NCBI GenBank assembly: GCA_001600695.1 | Contig: BCKQ01000008.1 | Location: 402,669 to 466,668, forward strand | Direction: 5' to 3' | Length of the DNA stretch: 64,000 nucleotides | From: Ascoidea asiatica JCM 7603 | Lineage: Eukaryota; Fungi; Ascomycota | Shown: positions 1-11,288 of the stretch, piece by piece | Layout: the number at the start of each line of letters is the position of its first letter | How positions within the stretch are numbered: position 1 is the stretch's first letter | The notes under the pieces: model-generated | What the model was told of the DNA's origin: nothing | Seen by the model: the letters and a program-made list of their open reading frames with translations, nothing else | Databases searched by the model: none | Position numbers and translations under genes: made by a program

Positions 1-108
1 ATGAATATTGAAATGAATATTGAAATGAATATTGAAATGAATATTGAAATGAATATTGAAATGAATATTGAAATGAATATTGAAATGAATATTGATATGA
101 ATATTGAT
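1..108. repeat. 12-bp tandem repeat (ATGAATATTGAA/T) x9, truncated by window edge
   Basis: Directly visible; frame +1 reads MNIE repeats ending IQNI* at 121-123, so it may be the C-terminus of an upstream gene. Confidence 0.9.
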
Positions 109-608
109 ATACAAAATATTTAAAACTTATTCATTGACTCAACATTTCTTTACTTCATTTTATTTCAATTGAATAATTGAATTATTTTGAACTCTGAGAA
201 GCTTTAAAAGAAAGAAAAGAGTCTGATAATAAAAGTATTTGAATATTTATAGGATTAACAATATCAAGAGATTTATAAATTGAAAAGAGTAATTTTCACC
301 CAATTCTTGATAATAACTTTTTATTTTACTAAATATTTACTAATTATTACTAAATATTACTAAATATTTGTTGAATATTCCATTTTTTGAATAATTTTGA
401 TTATTTTTTGAATACTTTTTGATTATTTTTGAATAATTTGAATAATTTGAATGTTTTTAAGTTCAAATTCTCACTTTTTTTTGATCGTTTGCTCGGATAA
501 GAAAAAAAGGTCTGAAAAGAACAGAAATTGAAAGATTTGATAAGAACAATAACAAGAACAAGAACAATAAGAATAAGAATAACAAGAACAAGAACAATAA
601 GAATAACA

Positions 609-2417
609 ATGTTGAATAGGTTTCCCAGAGAAATATTAAGAATCATTATCAATCAGTTAATTTATATTGAAATAAATGAAGAAGAAGAAAAAGAAAAAGA
701 AAAAGATGATTTGAATAAGAATTTAATGGAAAATGAAGAGAAAGAAACTGAATTGAAAGAAATTTTATCATATTTTGATAATTTCAATTTCAAAATCAAT
801 TTCCAATTCATAAATTATTATAAATATTATTATAATAAATGTTCAAGTTTAATTGAATTATCAAAGATTAATAAATTTATAAGATTTGAAATTAATTTAA
901 TTTTATTTAAAAATTTATCATTTATTAGAATTGAAGAAATTGAGAATAAATTAAAAAGAAGAAAAAATTATAAAATTTTAAATAATTGGTTAAATGATTA
1001 TATAAATTATTTAAATAAAAATCAATTAATTTCAATTTCATTTTTAAAATCAGTTTCATTTTTAGAAATTGATATAAATCAATTCATAAAATTAAGTAAT
1101 TCTTTATTTAATTTATATATTTTAAAGAATTTAAAATTATTAGGATTTATTCAATCTTCAACATATAAATTAATTAACAATAATGAAATAAAGAAGAAGA
1201 AGAAGAATAAGAATTCTTTAAGATTAAATTTAAATTATTTAGCAATTACATTATTTGATGAAAATATTTTAAATTATTTAATTAAATTTAAATTTAATAT
1301 TAAAAATTTAAATAGAATTGATTTTTTAATAAATTCAATTTCAAATTTAAAAAATTTTCAAAAATTTTTTAATAATAAAAATATTTATAATTTAATCACA
1401 ATCAATTTAATATCAAATTCAAGTTTAATTTTATTAAAATCAATAAATTTTATTAATTTTATTAAATCTTTTCAAAATTCTTTAAAGAATTTATCAATTA
1501 GAACAAATGATGATATAAAATTAATCTTTAATAATAATGAAATTGATAATAAAATTGATAATGAAATTGATAATAATGATTTAAATTTAATAGAATTTTT
1601 TAAAATTTTAAATAATCTTCAATATTTAAATAAATTTTCAATTGAATTTAAAATTCTTAGACAATTATCTAAATTATTATTAAATAATAATTTTTTGAAT
1701 TTAATTAATAGCAAAAGTAATAATGAAAATAATAATGAAAATAATAATGAAAATAATAATGAAAATTTAATAATATTTGAGATTATTGAAGAAACTTTAT
1801 TAATTCCATTAATTAATGAACATGAATTAATTTTAATTAATTTTATTAAAATTTTACCAAATATTAAATTAATTAATTTAAATTATGGTAAACAATTTGA
1901 AAGTCCATATAAAGGAGAAGAATTATTAATAAAAAATTTAATTTTAAAATTAAATAATGATAATAATGATAATAATGATAATAAAAAAACAATAAATTAT
2001 ATTCAATTTGAATTAATTTGGAGTATTGTTGATAATCAATTAATTAATAAAAATAATTATGAAATTGAAGAATTAATAAATTATTATAATAAAAATTTTA
2101 ATACAGAAAATAGAAATAGAAATAGAAATAGAAATAAAGATAAATTTAAATTTATTTCTTTACCTTCATATAGTAAAATTTCAACATCATCACCCAATTT
2201 CAGAAATCCAGAAAGATTCAAGTTAAATATTAATGATTCAATTAATGTTAATGATTCAATCAATTCAATTTCTTTAATTCCAATTCATAATCATGATAAT
2301 AATAATATTGATAATGAAACTAAATTATTAAGTGAAGAATTTTGGAGTTCAGAATGTTGTTTGAATGATTTAGTTATATATTCAAATCCAATAAAACTTT
2401 CATCAATTTGGGATTAA
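609..2417 (+). CDS. Hypothetical protein with N-terminal F-box-like motif
   Basis: First ATG at 609 gives MLNRFPREILRIIINQL (F-box-like L-x-x-F/LP-x-EIL-x-x-I), followed by Leu-rich periodic segments. Confidence 0.5.
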   Translation: MLNRFPREILRIIINQLIYIEINEEEEKEKEKDDLNKNLMENEEKETELKEILSYFDNFNFKINFQFINYYKYYYNKCSSLIELSKINKFIRFEINLILFKNLSFIRIEEIENKLKRRKNYKILNNWLNDYINYLNKNQLISISFLKSVSFLEIDINQFIKLSNSLFNLYILKNLKLLGFIQSSTYKLINNNEIKKKKKNKNSLRLNLNYLAITLFDENILNYLIKFKFNIKNLNRIDFLINSISNLKNFQKFFNNKNIYNLITINLISNSSLILLKSINFINFIKSFQNSLKNLSIRTNDDIKLIFNNNEIDNKIDNEIDNNDLNLIEFFKILNNLQYLNKFSIEFKILRQLSKLLLNNNFLNLINSKSNNENNNENNNENNNENLIIFEIIEETLLIPLINEHELILINFIKILPNIKLINLNYGKQFESPYKGEELLIKNLILKLNNDNNDNNDNKKTINYIQFELIWSIVDNQLINKNNYEIEELINYYNKNFNTENRNRNRNRNKDKFKFISLPSYSKISTSSPNFRNPERFKLNINDSINVNDSINSISLIPIHNHDNNNIDNETKLLSEEFWSSECCLNDLVIYSNPIKLSSIWD

Positions 2418-2691
2418 ATTCATTCTTTATATCTTCAATTGAAACATTTCTTTATCTCTTTTCTTATATATTTCAATAAACATTCAATAAATAATTACAC
2501 AATTAATAAATAATTTAAAGCTTCTTTTTTTTTGTATGGAATTTAAAAGAAATTTCTAAGGCCGTCATTGAAAAGCATAAGAAATTTAAAGGAAATTTAA
2601 CAAAAAATTATCAATTTGAATGTAATTAAATAATCAAAGAAGATAAAATTAAGAAAAAAAGTGAATGAAATAGATAATAATATTATTAAAG

Positions 2692-3855
2692 ATGATATTA
2701 AATCAAATAATTTCAATTGGAATTATTCCAAAACGAATTTCAATTACTTCAATTACTTCAATAACTTCAATAACTTCAATTAAATCAATAATTGGATTAA
2801 AATTAATAAATTTTAATAAAAATAAAAGAAATTTTAGTCAAAATTCATTAAAATTATTAAATTTTAATAAAAATAAAAGAGATTTTATTCAAAATTCATT
2901 AAAAGATAATTCAATTATTAAAAATTATGAAAAATTATTTAATAAAACATTCAAAGAGTTTAATAATAATAAAATTTTATTAATTAAAAAATTTAAAGAA
3001 ATTAAAAGAACTTTTGCCACTCATGGACAATTCAATAATAATAATGGATATAATGGATATAATGGATATAATGAATATAATGGATATAATGGAGGAGATA
3101 ATGAAAGAAAAGAACTTTTAAATAATTTAATTAAAAGTGGGATTTTTACATTATTATTTTGTATTGGTACAACATATTTTATACCAATTTTAATTAATAA
3201 TTCATCATTTAAATATAATAAAAATAAATCAGAAATTATAATTTATGGTATAATTGGATTAAATATTTTAATTTTTTTAATTTGGCAAAAAAAAGTTAAT
3301 TTTAAATTAAATAAAATTTTAAATAAATTTTTTTTATTAAATAAAAAAAATACAAATTTAATTTCAATGATTGCATCAACATTCTCACATCAAGATTTTT
3401 TTCATTTAAGTTTTAATATGATTGCATTTTATTCATTTAGTTTAAATTTTATAAATTTTATTGGAATTTCAAATTTTTTAATAATTTATTTAAATTGTGG
3501 ATTATTATCATCATTTTTTTCAATTTTAATTTCATTTTTATTTAAATTTAATATTTATAATTTATCATTAGGTGCATCTGGAGCAATATTTGGTTTAATT
3601 GGATGTTTTAGTTATTTAATACCAAATTCACCTGTTAATATATTTTTTTTACCAATTCCTGGTGGAGCTTGGAATGCATTTCTTTTAATGGGAGGTTGGA
3701 ATTTAACTGGAATTTTATTAAAATGGGGTACATTTGATTATGCTGGACATCTTGGTGGTTCAATTCTTGGAATTTATTATGGTTGGTTATTAAAAAAAAG
3801 ATTTAAAGAAAGAAGAGAAAAAAAACCTCAATCAATTTTTGATATTTTCAAATGA
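2692..3855 (+). CDS. PCP1: Mitochondrial rhomboid intramembrane serine protease
   Basis: FSHQDFFHLSFNM, catalytic SLGASGA, FDYAGHLGG; basic presequence-like N-terminus. Confidence 0.92.
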   Translation: MILNQIISIGIIPKRISITSITSITSITSIKSIIGLKLINFNKNKRNFSQNSLKLLNFNKNKRDFIQNSLKDNSIIKNYEKLFNKTFKEFNNNKILLIKKFKEIKRTFATHGQFNNNNGYNGYNGYNEYNGYNGGDNERKELLNNLIKSGIFTLLFCIGTTYFIPILINNSSFKYNKNKSEIIIYGIIGLNILIFLIWQKKVNFKLNKILNKFFLLNKKNTNLISMIASTFSHQDFFHLSFNMIAFYSFSLNFINFIGISNFLIIYLNCGLLSSFFSILISFLFKFNIYNLSLGASGAIFGLIGCFSYLIPNSPVNIFFLPIPGGAWNAFLLMGGWNLTGILLKWGTFDYAGHLGGSILGIYYGWLLKKRFKERREKKPQSIFDIFK

Positions 3856-4502
3856 ATAAACACTTTCTTATTCTTCTATATACAATCTTCAATCAACTAC
3901 CACCACTCTCACACTCTCTTCAAATACAGACTCACCTCTCTATAATTCTTCTTCTTCTTCTTCTTCTTCTTCTTTCTCAGTTGTTTCTGCTGTTTCTGCT
4001 GTTTCTGCTGTTTTTTGTTGTTTTTTGTTGTTTTTGTGAAATTTCAACAATTTCTGCTTACGTACGACGGAAAACGGAAAATGCGGATTTGAAATACATT
4101 TCCGCGTCCGCGTAGCAAGGATGCTAACAGTCACGTGCACTCTCGATCCTGGCATCGGACTTTTCAGATCCTTGCCACGGACCCGCGTTCCGTGCTCCAG
4201 AATTGTGGCGACTGAAAACACCAAACAAAAAACAAACAAACAAACAAACAAAGAATAAACAATTAAACAAATAAACAATTAAATAAATAATCAAATAATC
4301 AAATAATTAAATAATTAAATAGAAACAGTCAATTCAATCAATTAACTTAACAATAATCAGATAATCAAAGTAAGATAACTTCAGTTACTCTTTAATTTTA
4401 ATAAATATTCAACTGTTCCAACGAGATTCTCGATTAATTTTTAAAAAAATACTTTTTTGGTGTTCTATTTTTTTCCCTTCATTGCCATTCTTCTTCATAC
4501 TG

Positions 4503-4504
<2 letters not shown>

Positions 4505-4544
<40 letters not shown>
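4505..4544. repeat. (AT)n microsatellite upstream of the velvet gene
   Basis: Directly visible. Confidence 0.9.
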
Positions 4545-4547
<3 letters not shown>

Positions 4548-4598
4548 CATATAATATATTACTTAAATTATTTAATTATTATAAATTTTTTTATAAAA

Positions 4599-5546
4599 AT
4601 GCCACCAAAATATCAACCAAAAAAATATCTTATGAGAAGTATACCAAAAAAATTTATTAAAAAAACAAATCCAAATTATAATTTAAAAATTATTCAACAA
4701 CCTGAACAAGCAAGAGCTTCAATAAATACAATTAGATCTGTTGATCCATGTCCAATAATTCAAGTTACTTTATTTGATAATAATAATAATTCAAATAATG
4801 ATATTATTGATCATTCTTATAATTCTTTAATTTGTACTGTATCTTATGAATATATTGGAATTCCTGATTATCTTTCAATTATGAAACCATTAAAATCTCT
4901 TTCAAATTCAAAATTAAAATCAGAATTAAAATCAGAATTAGAATTAAATACAATAAATGATAATATTAATAATATTAATAATATTAATAATATTGAAAAA
5001 AATGATAAAAATGATAAAATTATTAATGAAGAAAATTATGATAATATAAAATATCAAAATGATTTAAAAAAAATTAATAATCAAGAAATTAACTTAGAAA
5101 ATAATATCAATAATATCAATAATGACAACAACAACAACAACAACAATAATAATAATAATAATAATAATATTGATAATACTATTCAAAATACTATCCAAAA
5201 TAGTATTCAAAAAAGTATTCAAAATAATATCGATAATTTTATTCAAGGTACAACTAATAATAATAATATTAAGACAAATATAATTAATGAAGAATCTAAT
5301 AATAAAAATAAAATAATGAATAAAGATTTATATAATGAAATTAAATTACAAAGATATAAAAAACGTAGAATGAATATGATTGAAAATGAAAAAGATAGTA
5401 TTTTATTTGGTACAACTTCTGTTTCTGCAAATATTATTATGCCAAAACCTTCAAATGATTATATTTTTTCTCATTCTTTATCTTCAAATAATATTAAAAC
5501 TGATAATATTAATAATAATGATATTAAAACTGATATTAAAGAAGAA

Positions 5547-5578
<32 letters not shown>

Positions 5579-5931
5579 TAATGATATTAAAGCATTTTTT
5601 GTTTTTAATAATTTAGCAATAAGATATGAAGGTAAATATAGATTAATTTTTAAATTATTTGAAATTCCATTATCAAATTTTTCTCAATCAAATAATATTA
5701 ATTCAAATTTAAATTTAAATGTAATTTTTAGAAATGAAATTAAAAGTAATGAAATTATTGTTTATAGTTCTAAAAATTTTCCAGGTTTAAGACCAAGTCC
5801 AAAATTACCTTTAAATTTAAAAAAATTATCTGGTTCAAAAATAAAATTAAGATATAAATCTCATGAAAGAAAAAATCCATTAATTTCAAAATCTTTAAAA
5901 ATTGAAAATCAAATTAAATCTTCTACCAATG

Positions 5932-5962
<31 letters not shown>

Positions 5963-6824
5963 TAATACTGATAATAAAAATATTGTCAACAACAATAATA
6001 ATAATAATAACAATAATAACTTGGTTACTAATGATAATAGAGCTTTAGAAGATTCTTCAAATAATAATTTAAAAGTTTTATCTGAAGCTTCTGCAATACT
6101 GGAACCAATTAGTAAACATCAATCTCAATCTTCTTCAAATCAATCTCAATTAAAACAAAAATCTCCTTTTGATAATAATTCTCAATCTGATCAACAACAA
6201 CAAAATCAACAAAATCAACAAAATCAACAAATTAATTCTCAAACATTATCTTATTTAAATCAAATTAATCAAAGTTTAAATTATTCTTTCAATGGTCAAA
6301 TACATCCTCAACTTCAATCTAAATCAAATTCATATTCTAATTCATTTCAATCTGATTCAAAAAATTCAACTATAGATCAATCAAATAATATTTTTGATTC
6401 AAAATTTCGAAATGATCTTCAATCTGAAATTCATAATCAAATTCCAATTAATGAAAATGATTTTATGAATAGTATTAATAGTAGTATTGAAAATAGTATT
6501 AATAAATCTGTAAATGAAAATATAAATGCTAATGAAAAAGAAAGAGAGAAAGAAAACCAAGTTGAAAATGAAAATGAAAATGAAAATGAAAATGAAAATG
6601 AAAATGAAAATGAAAATGAAAAAAGTAAACAAATTGATAAAAGTAAAAATAAAGAAGAATTTGAAAAATTAAATGATGATAAAAATAAAATTAAAAATAT
6701 ACATAAACATAATAATGATATTGAAAATGATATTGAAAATGATAATGAGAATAATACTGATAATGATAATGAGAATAATAATGATTTACCAATATCAAGC
6801 AGACTGAAAAGACAAAAAATTTAA
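4599..6824 (+). CDS. Velvet-domain transcription regulator (VeA/VosA/VelB/VelC family)
   Basis: First ATG at 4599. Velvet motifs YNLKIIQQPEQARA, RSVDPCPIIQV, FFVFNNLAIRYEGKYRLIFKLFEI, SNEIIVYSSKNFPGLRPS; basic C-terminal RLKRQKI. Confidence 0.88.
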
Positions 6825-8829
6825 ATATTTTTCTGCTAATTGATTTATAGATCTGTTTACCATGTTTAGGTTTTCTTTATTTTTTCACTTACGCTTTGTT
6901 TGTTATTTTATGAAAAAGAATAATTGAGAAGGTTAAATATGCTAAATTAATATTTTATATTCAAATTTTATTATAAATATTATTGTATGAGTTTGTAATC
7001 AAATTCTTTCAAATTTTTTCACATTTTGGTAATTTTTTTTTTTTTATTCAATATTTTTAGCTAAAATTTTCAAGTTTTTTTTTGATCTTTTATTTTTATT
7101 TTTATTTTTGTTATAACCTGTTTTTTTTTTAAATATTCTTTGATTTTCTTTAATTGTTTCTTGTTGATTTTTTCACTTTCAATGTTTTCGACTGTATAAA
7201 TAAAATTTTCAATTTCCAATTTTCTTTTATTCAATTATCTGAATTATTACTGTACACTAATAAGTTTTTGTTCGCTTTAATTTTAATTTAATTTAATTCT
7301 TTGAAAAACCATAAAATATAAAATATGCTAATAGGTTAAAATAAGAGGCTAATTTATTTTCATATTATTCATTGTATGTAACTGTAATTTTTTAAAAAAG
7401 ACAAAAAAACAAAAAACAAAAAACAAAAAAAAAGGAAAAATCTAAATCTTGTGTTTATGAATATTCTAAAAACAAGTTAAGTTATTCAAATAAGAAAATA
7501 TAAGATTTAAATTGAAGAAAATATTAATTTTTATTCATGCATTTAACCTGAAACAATATTATTTCAAAAAGGTAAAATTAAAATTATTATGCGTAAAATT
7601 TTTGGAGTTTTACTGAACATCAATGTTTAATGAATTAATTTTCATTAAGAAAATAAAAGTTTACGGTCTTAATCGGCGATTATGGAAGTAAAAAAAATAT
7701 TCTTATATTGAAATTATTTTTGTTAATTTTGTTATTCAAAAAATGGAAAAAATAGTGTAATTGAAATACTTATTAGAATATTATTGCAAAATGAATTTAA
7801 ACTTGTAATGAAAATGGAGAAACAGGAAAACATTATAAAATATTCTCTTTTATTAAGTCCTGATTCTGAAATTACTTTAAAATAATCCTGAAGAACAATT
7901 TCAGAAATACAGATTACAAAATGTTTTTGGTTGAAATAAAAAATTGAAAAATTTTGTAAGTACAAGAAACGTAACAGATAAATTGGTTAATTTGATTACC
8001 AATTCTCAAAAAAAAGAGAATAAACAAAAAAAATAATAGAATTCGACGATAATTCAAATACATTAATTATAACTTACAACTCCTGACTTTTCACAATATT
8101 TATACTTGAGAAATCAAATGAAGCAAATAAAAGTATTTTCATATAAACAAGTTTTCAATTCCAACAAATTTTTCCATTTCATGTTCAACAGTTATTCAAT
8201 TCAATTCGCCTGTCAAATTGAAAAAGTGAAAATATTTTGATTGGCAGAATTATGATTCAAACTCATTCACTGTCGCTAAAAAAAAGTCAGTTTGCATCCA
8301 TAAAAATAAATTTTTCAAAGGGCTACAACTCAAGTCTCTGGCAGTTACTTGTTGCAATAATTATTTCATCTTTCGGAAATAGACAGCCAGTTTCCCTGCT
8401 TCTTCTTCGAGTCTTCATTTGATTCTTTATTTGAGTCTTCTTTGGGTATGCCAACAATTTTTGGTTTGTGTTCATCGTTAGTTTTCCAATTCAAACACTT
8501 GGTTAATTTTTTTTAAGCTTTATCTTTTTTATTGCAAATTTAGCAAAGCTTAATTCAGTGCCCAACGTTCGTTAATTGAATTCTTCCAGTTAGCTTTTTG
8601 AAATCAAACTCAATCTAAATTGAATCTTATTCATTGAAACGGTCATTCGAATTAATTGAGTCAAAAACAATTTCAATTTCAAATTAATTAAATTAAAACT
8701 AAACCAAATCTAAATTAAATCTAAATTAAATCTAAATTCAGTTGAAATTAAATTCAAATTAAACCTAAAATGTCATTTGTCACAGGGATTGGTCTAAACT
8801 AAGTTTAATTTGCAGCGCAATTACCCTGA

Positions 8830-8960
8830 CCAGTGACTAAGGCTTGATTTGTGGCTTGACTTTCTTGACTCGCTTGACTCGCTTGACTCGCAAACCTACC
8901 CCAAGCTGGCAGTCAGAGTGACTCAAAAACCGTCCAAATTGGGTATCGCGACTCATCCTC
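8830..8960. promoter_or_regulatory. Cluster of TGACT(C) AP-1-like elements upstream of the MFS gene
   Basis: TGACT at 8834, 8857, 8866, 8875, 8884 (CTTGACTCG x3) and TGACTCA at 8919; TGAGTCA at 8657. Confidence 0.6.
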
Positions 8961-9333
8961 TGCATTCACTCACTTTTTCTCATTTTCCCTTTTAATCTGC
9001 CTCATTTTTTTTAATTTTTTAGATTTTTTTCTGTTTTTTTTCTCTTTTTTTTGAGTATTCAACTTACAAGCTAATGAATAAACCAAATTTCAATAATATT
9101 TCAATATTCACATAACATTCAACTCAAAATAATATAAATAAAGAGAAGTTTCCTGTATTTATTTTAGCTTGAATATATTTTTACTTTTCTTTTTCTAGAT
9201 TATTGCTATTAACAACCAAATATTTAAAGAATCAGTTAAGGTAAAAGAAAGAAACCTAAACTGTATTTTTTATTTATATTAAAAAAAAAAAAGGAAAGAA
9301 TTGCATAATATATAAATAAAATTTAAGGTAATA

Positions 9334-10851
9334 ATGGATCAAACTGAGATTAAAAAAACAGTATCAGATTCTAATTCTGATATTAAATTGAATGATAATC
9401 CTCAAACTAATATTTTGGATAATGAACAATTTGATGAAGAATCAAATGTTGGTTTAAAGACAAAAGAAGAATTGTCTATTTTAAATAGAATTTATTTAAA
9501 ATTAGATTTAAGAATTATTCCTGCTTTATGGTGTCTTTATTTTTTAACATCTTTTGGTTCTTCTGCTTATGGTAATTCTTTAACAATGAATGCCGAAGCT
9601 GGTCATTCTATAAAATTATCTTTAAATTTAACAGCTCATGATACTTCTACTGCTTCTGCTTTATATTATGTTGGTTATATTTTATTTGATGTTCCAATGA
9701 ATTTAGTAATGACTAAATCTCCACCTCAAGCTTGGTTAGCACGTATTGTAATTTCTTTAGGTCTTATTTATACATGTTTTGCAGCTTTAAAATCAAGTGG
9801 TGGTTTAATTGCAGTTAGATTTGTTACTGGACTTTGTGGTGCTGGTACTTGGCCTGGTTTAACTTATTATATTTCTTTATGGTATCCAGTTGAAAGAACT
9901 GCAAAAAGAATTGGTTTTTATTTCACTGCAGCTCAATTATCTGCTGCTGCTGCAGGTTTAGTTGCTGCTGGATTTCAAAAAATGGATATGGTTAGAGGTT
10001 TATATGGTTGGAAATGGATGTTTTTAATTTATGGTGTAATTACAATAACTGTTGGATTTTCATTAATTTGGTGGTTACCTGATAGACCTGTTGCTCTTAA
10101 ATCTGATGAATTAGTTAAAAATAAATTCAGTATTAGAAAATATTTACCTGCAAATCGTAAACCTTTAACTCCAAAAGAAAGAGAAATTCATTTAAAAGAT
10201 ATGGAAGAAAGATATAGTAAACCATTAAATTGGGGATTTAAAGAAATTGTGATGATTATTTCAGATATTAGAATTTGGCCATTAATTTTAATGTATTTTG
10301 GTGTTGTTGGTACTGGTTTCGGTTTAGCTGTTTTTGGTACAACTATTATTAAAACAAATAATCCAACTTTAACTTCAATTAATGTTTCTTTATTATATGC
10401 TCCAATTTGGTTATTTGATTTAAGTGCAATTTTATTAATTACTCCATTATCTGATAAATTTAAAAGATTTAGACCATTAATTTTTTCATGTTCAACTTGT
10501 ATTATTATTTGTGGTTTATTTGTAATGACTTATGCTCATGGTAAATGGTCAAGATATGGTGGTTTATTAATTTGTGGTTTTGGTTTAGGTCCAACTGTTC
10601 CAACTTGTATGGCAATGACTGCTGATATCTTTGGAAAAAAATATGGGGATGTTGGAACTGCAGTTGGTTCTGCTCTTGTATCAGGTTTAGGTAATTTAGG
10701 TTCTGTTGTTGGTACTTATGCTTTATATTCAGGATGGCCTGCTGATGCTGCTAGATTATATGAATATAGTAATATGATGTTAGTTTTAATCTGTGGTGTT
10801 AGTATTGTCAGTGCTGGTGTTTCTGCTGCCATGTCCAAGTGGTTAAAATAA
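9334..10851 (+). CDS. VHT1: MFS allantoate-permease-family transporter, probably a biotin (vitamin H) transporter of the S. pombe vht1 type
   Basis: About 12 TM; LDLRIIPALW, TMNAEAGHS, WPGLTYYISLWY, KRIGFYFTAAQ, AGFQKMD..RGLYGWKWMF resemble fission-yeast Vht1 as recalled; substrate is inferred. Confidence 0.72.
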   Translation: MDQTEIKKTVSDSNSDIKLNDNPQTNILDNEQFDEESNVGLKTKEELSILNRIYLKLDLRIIPALWCLYFLTSFGSSAYGNSLTMNAEAGHSIKLSLNLTAHDTSTASALYYVGYILFDVPMNLVMTKSPPQAWLARIVISLGLIYTCFAALKSSGGLIAVRFVTGLCGAGTWPGLTYYISLWYPVERTAKRIGFYFTAAQLSAAAAGLVAAGFQKMDMVRGLYGWKWMFLIYGVITITVGFSLIWWLPDRPVALKSDELVKNKFSIRKYLPANRKPLTPKEREIHLKDMEERYSKPLNWGFKEIVMIISDIRIWPLILMYFGVVGTGFGLAVFGTTIIKTNNPTLTSINVSLLYAPIWLFDLSAILLITPLSDKFKRFRPLIFSCSTCIIICGLFVMTYAHGKWSRYGGLLICGFGLGPTVPTCMAMTADIFGKKYGDVGTAVGSALVSGLGNLGSVVGTYALYSGWPADAARLYEYSNMMLVLICGVSIVSAGVSAAMSKWLK

Positions 10852-11288
10852 ATGTAAATTTTAGCTGTTTTTCTAACTTTTTCAACTCATTTTTAAGTCA
10901 TTTTCCAATTTTTTTTACCTTTTATTTTTGATTTCATAATAAGTTTTTTTTCTTCTATAATCAAATATCAATATTTAATTTACATTTTTCTTTTCAAACC
11001 TTTCACAATCTCAGAATGTTTCAGTAAAAAATAATTTGAAGGTGCAAACAATTAAACTCAGATAGATTGCCAGAGACCATTACGAAAACCTTCAATAGAA
11101 AACTATCAATTTGAATTCAAAATAATGCAAATAATTAATGAGTTGTAAGTATATTGAAGATCAGGGTTTATTGATTAGAAAGTAAGTATAATGAGTAATT
11201 TAAATAAGAAAAATAAAATAAAATAAAAATATAAATATGTAATATGTATCAGAGAAATATTAAGAAAAGAAAATTGTATTGCATTCAG

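Noticed and set aside
3852-4278. Short ORFs in intergenic GC islands (also 14014, 21330-21793, 24892, 28421, 35125, 38304, 45907, 54879, 62035)
   Set aside because: Stop-poor because of local GC content or simple repeats; codon usage unlike real genes; several start at non-ATG codons
4132-4600. Point centromere (CDEI-like GTCACGTG followed by AT-rich DNA)
   Set aside because: The sequence directly after the motif is GC-rich, there is no CDEII/CDEIII arrangement, and CACGTG recurs in many promoters
5380-6632. Shadow ORFs over poly-Asn/Glu-Asn coding repeats (also 17589, 32269, 38975, 40984, 44769)
   Set aside because: Alternative frames or antisense of low-complexity coding repeats
6825-8400. 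Transposon or LTR remnant in the long intergenic region
   Set aside because: No terminal repeats, target-site duplications or transposase/RT-like coding fragments recognised
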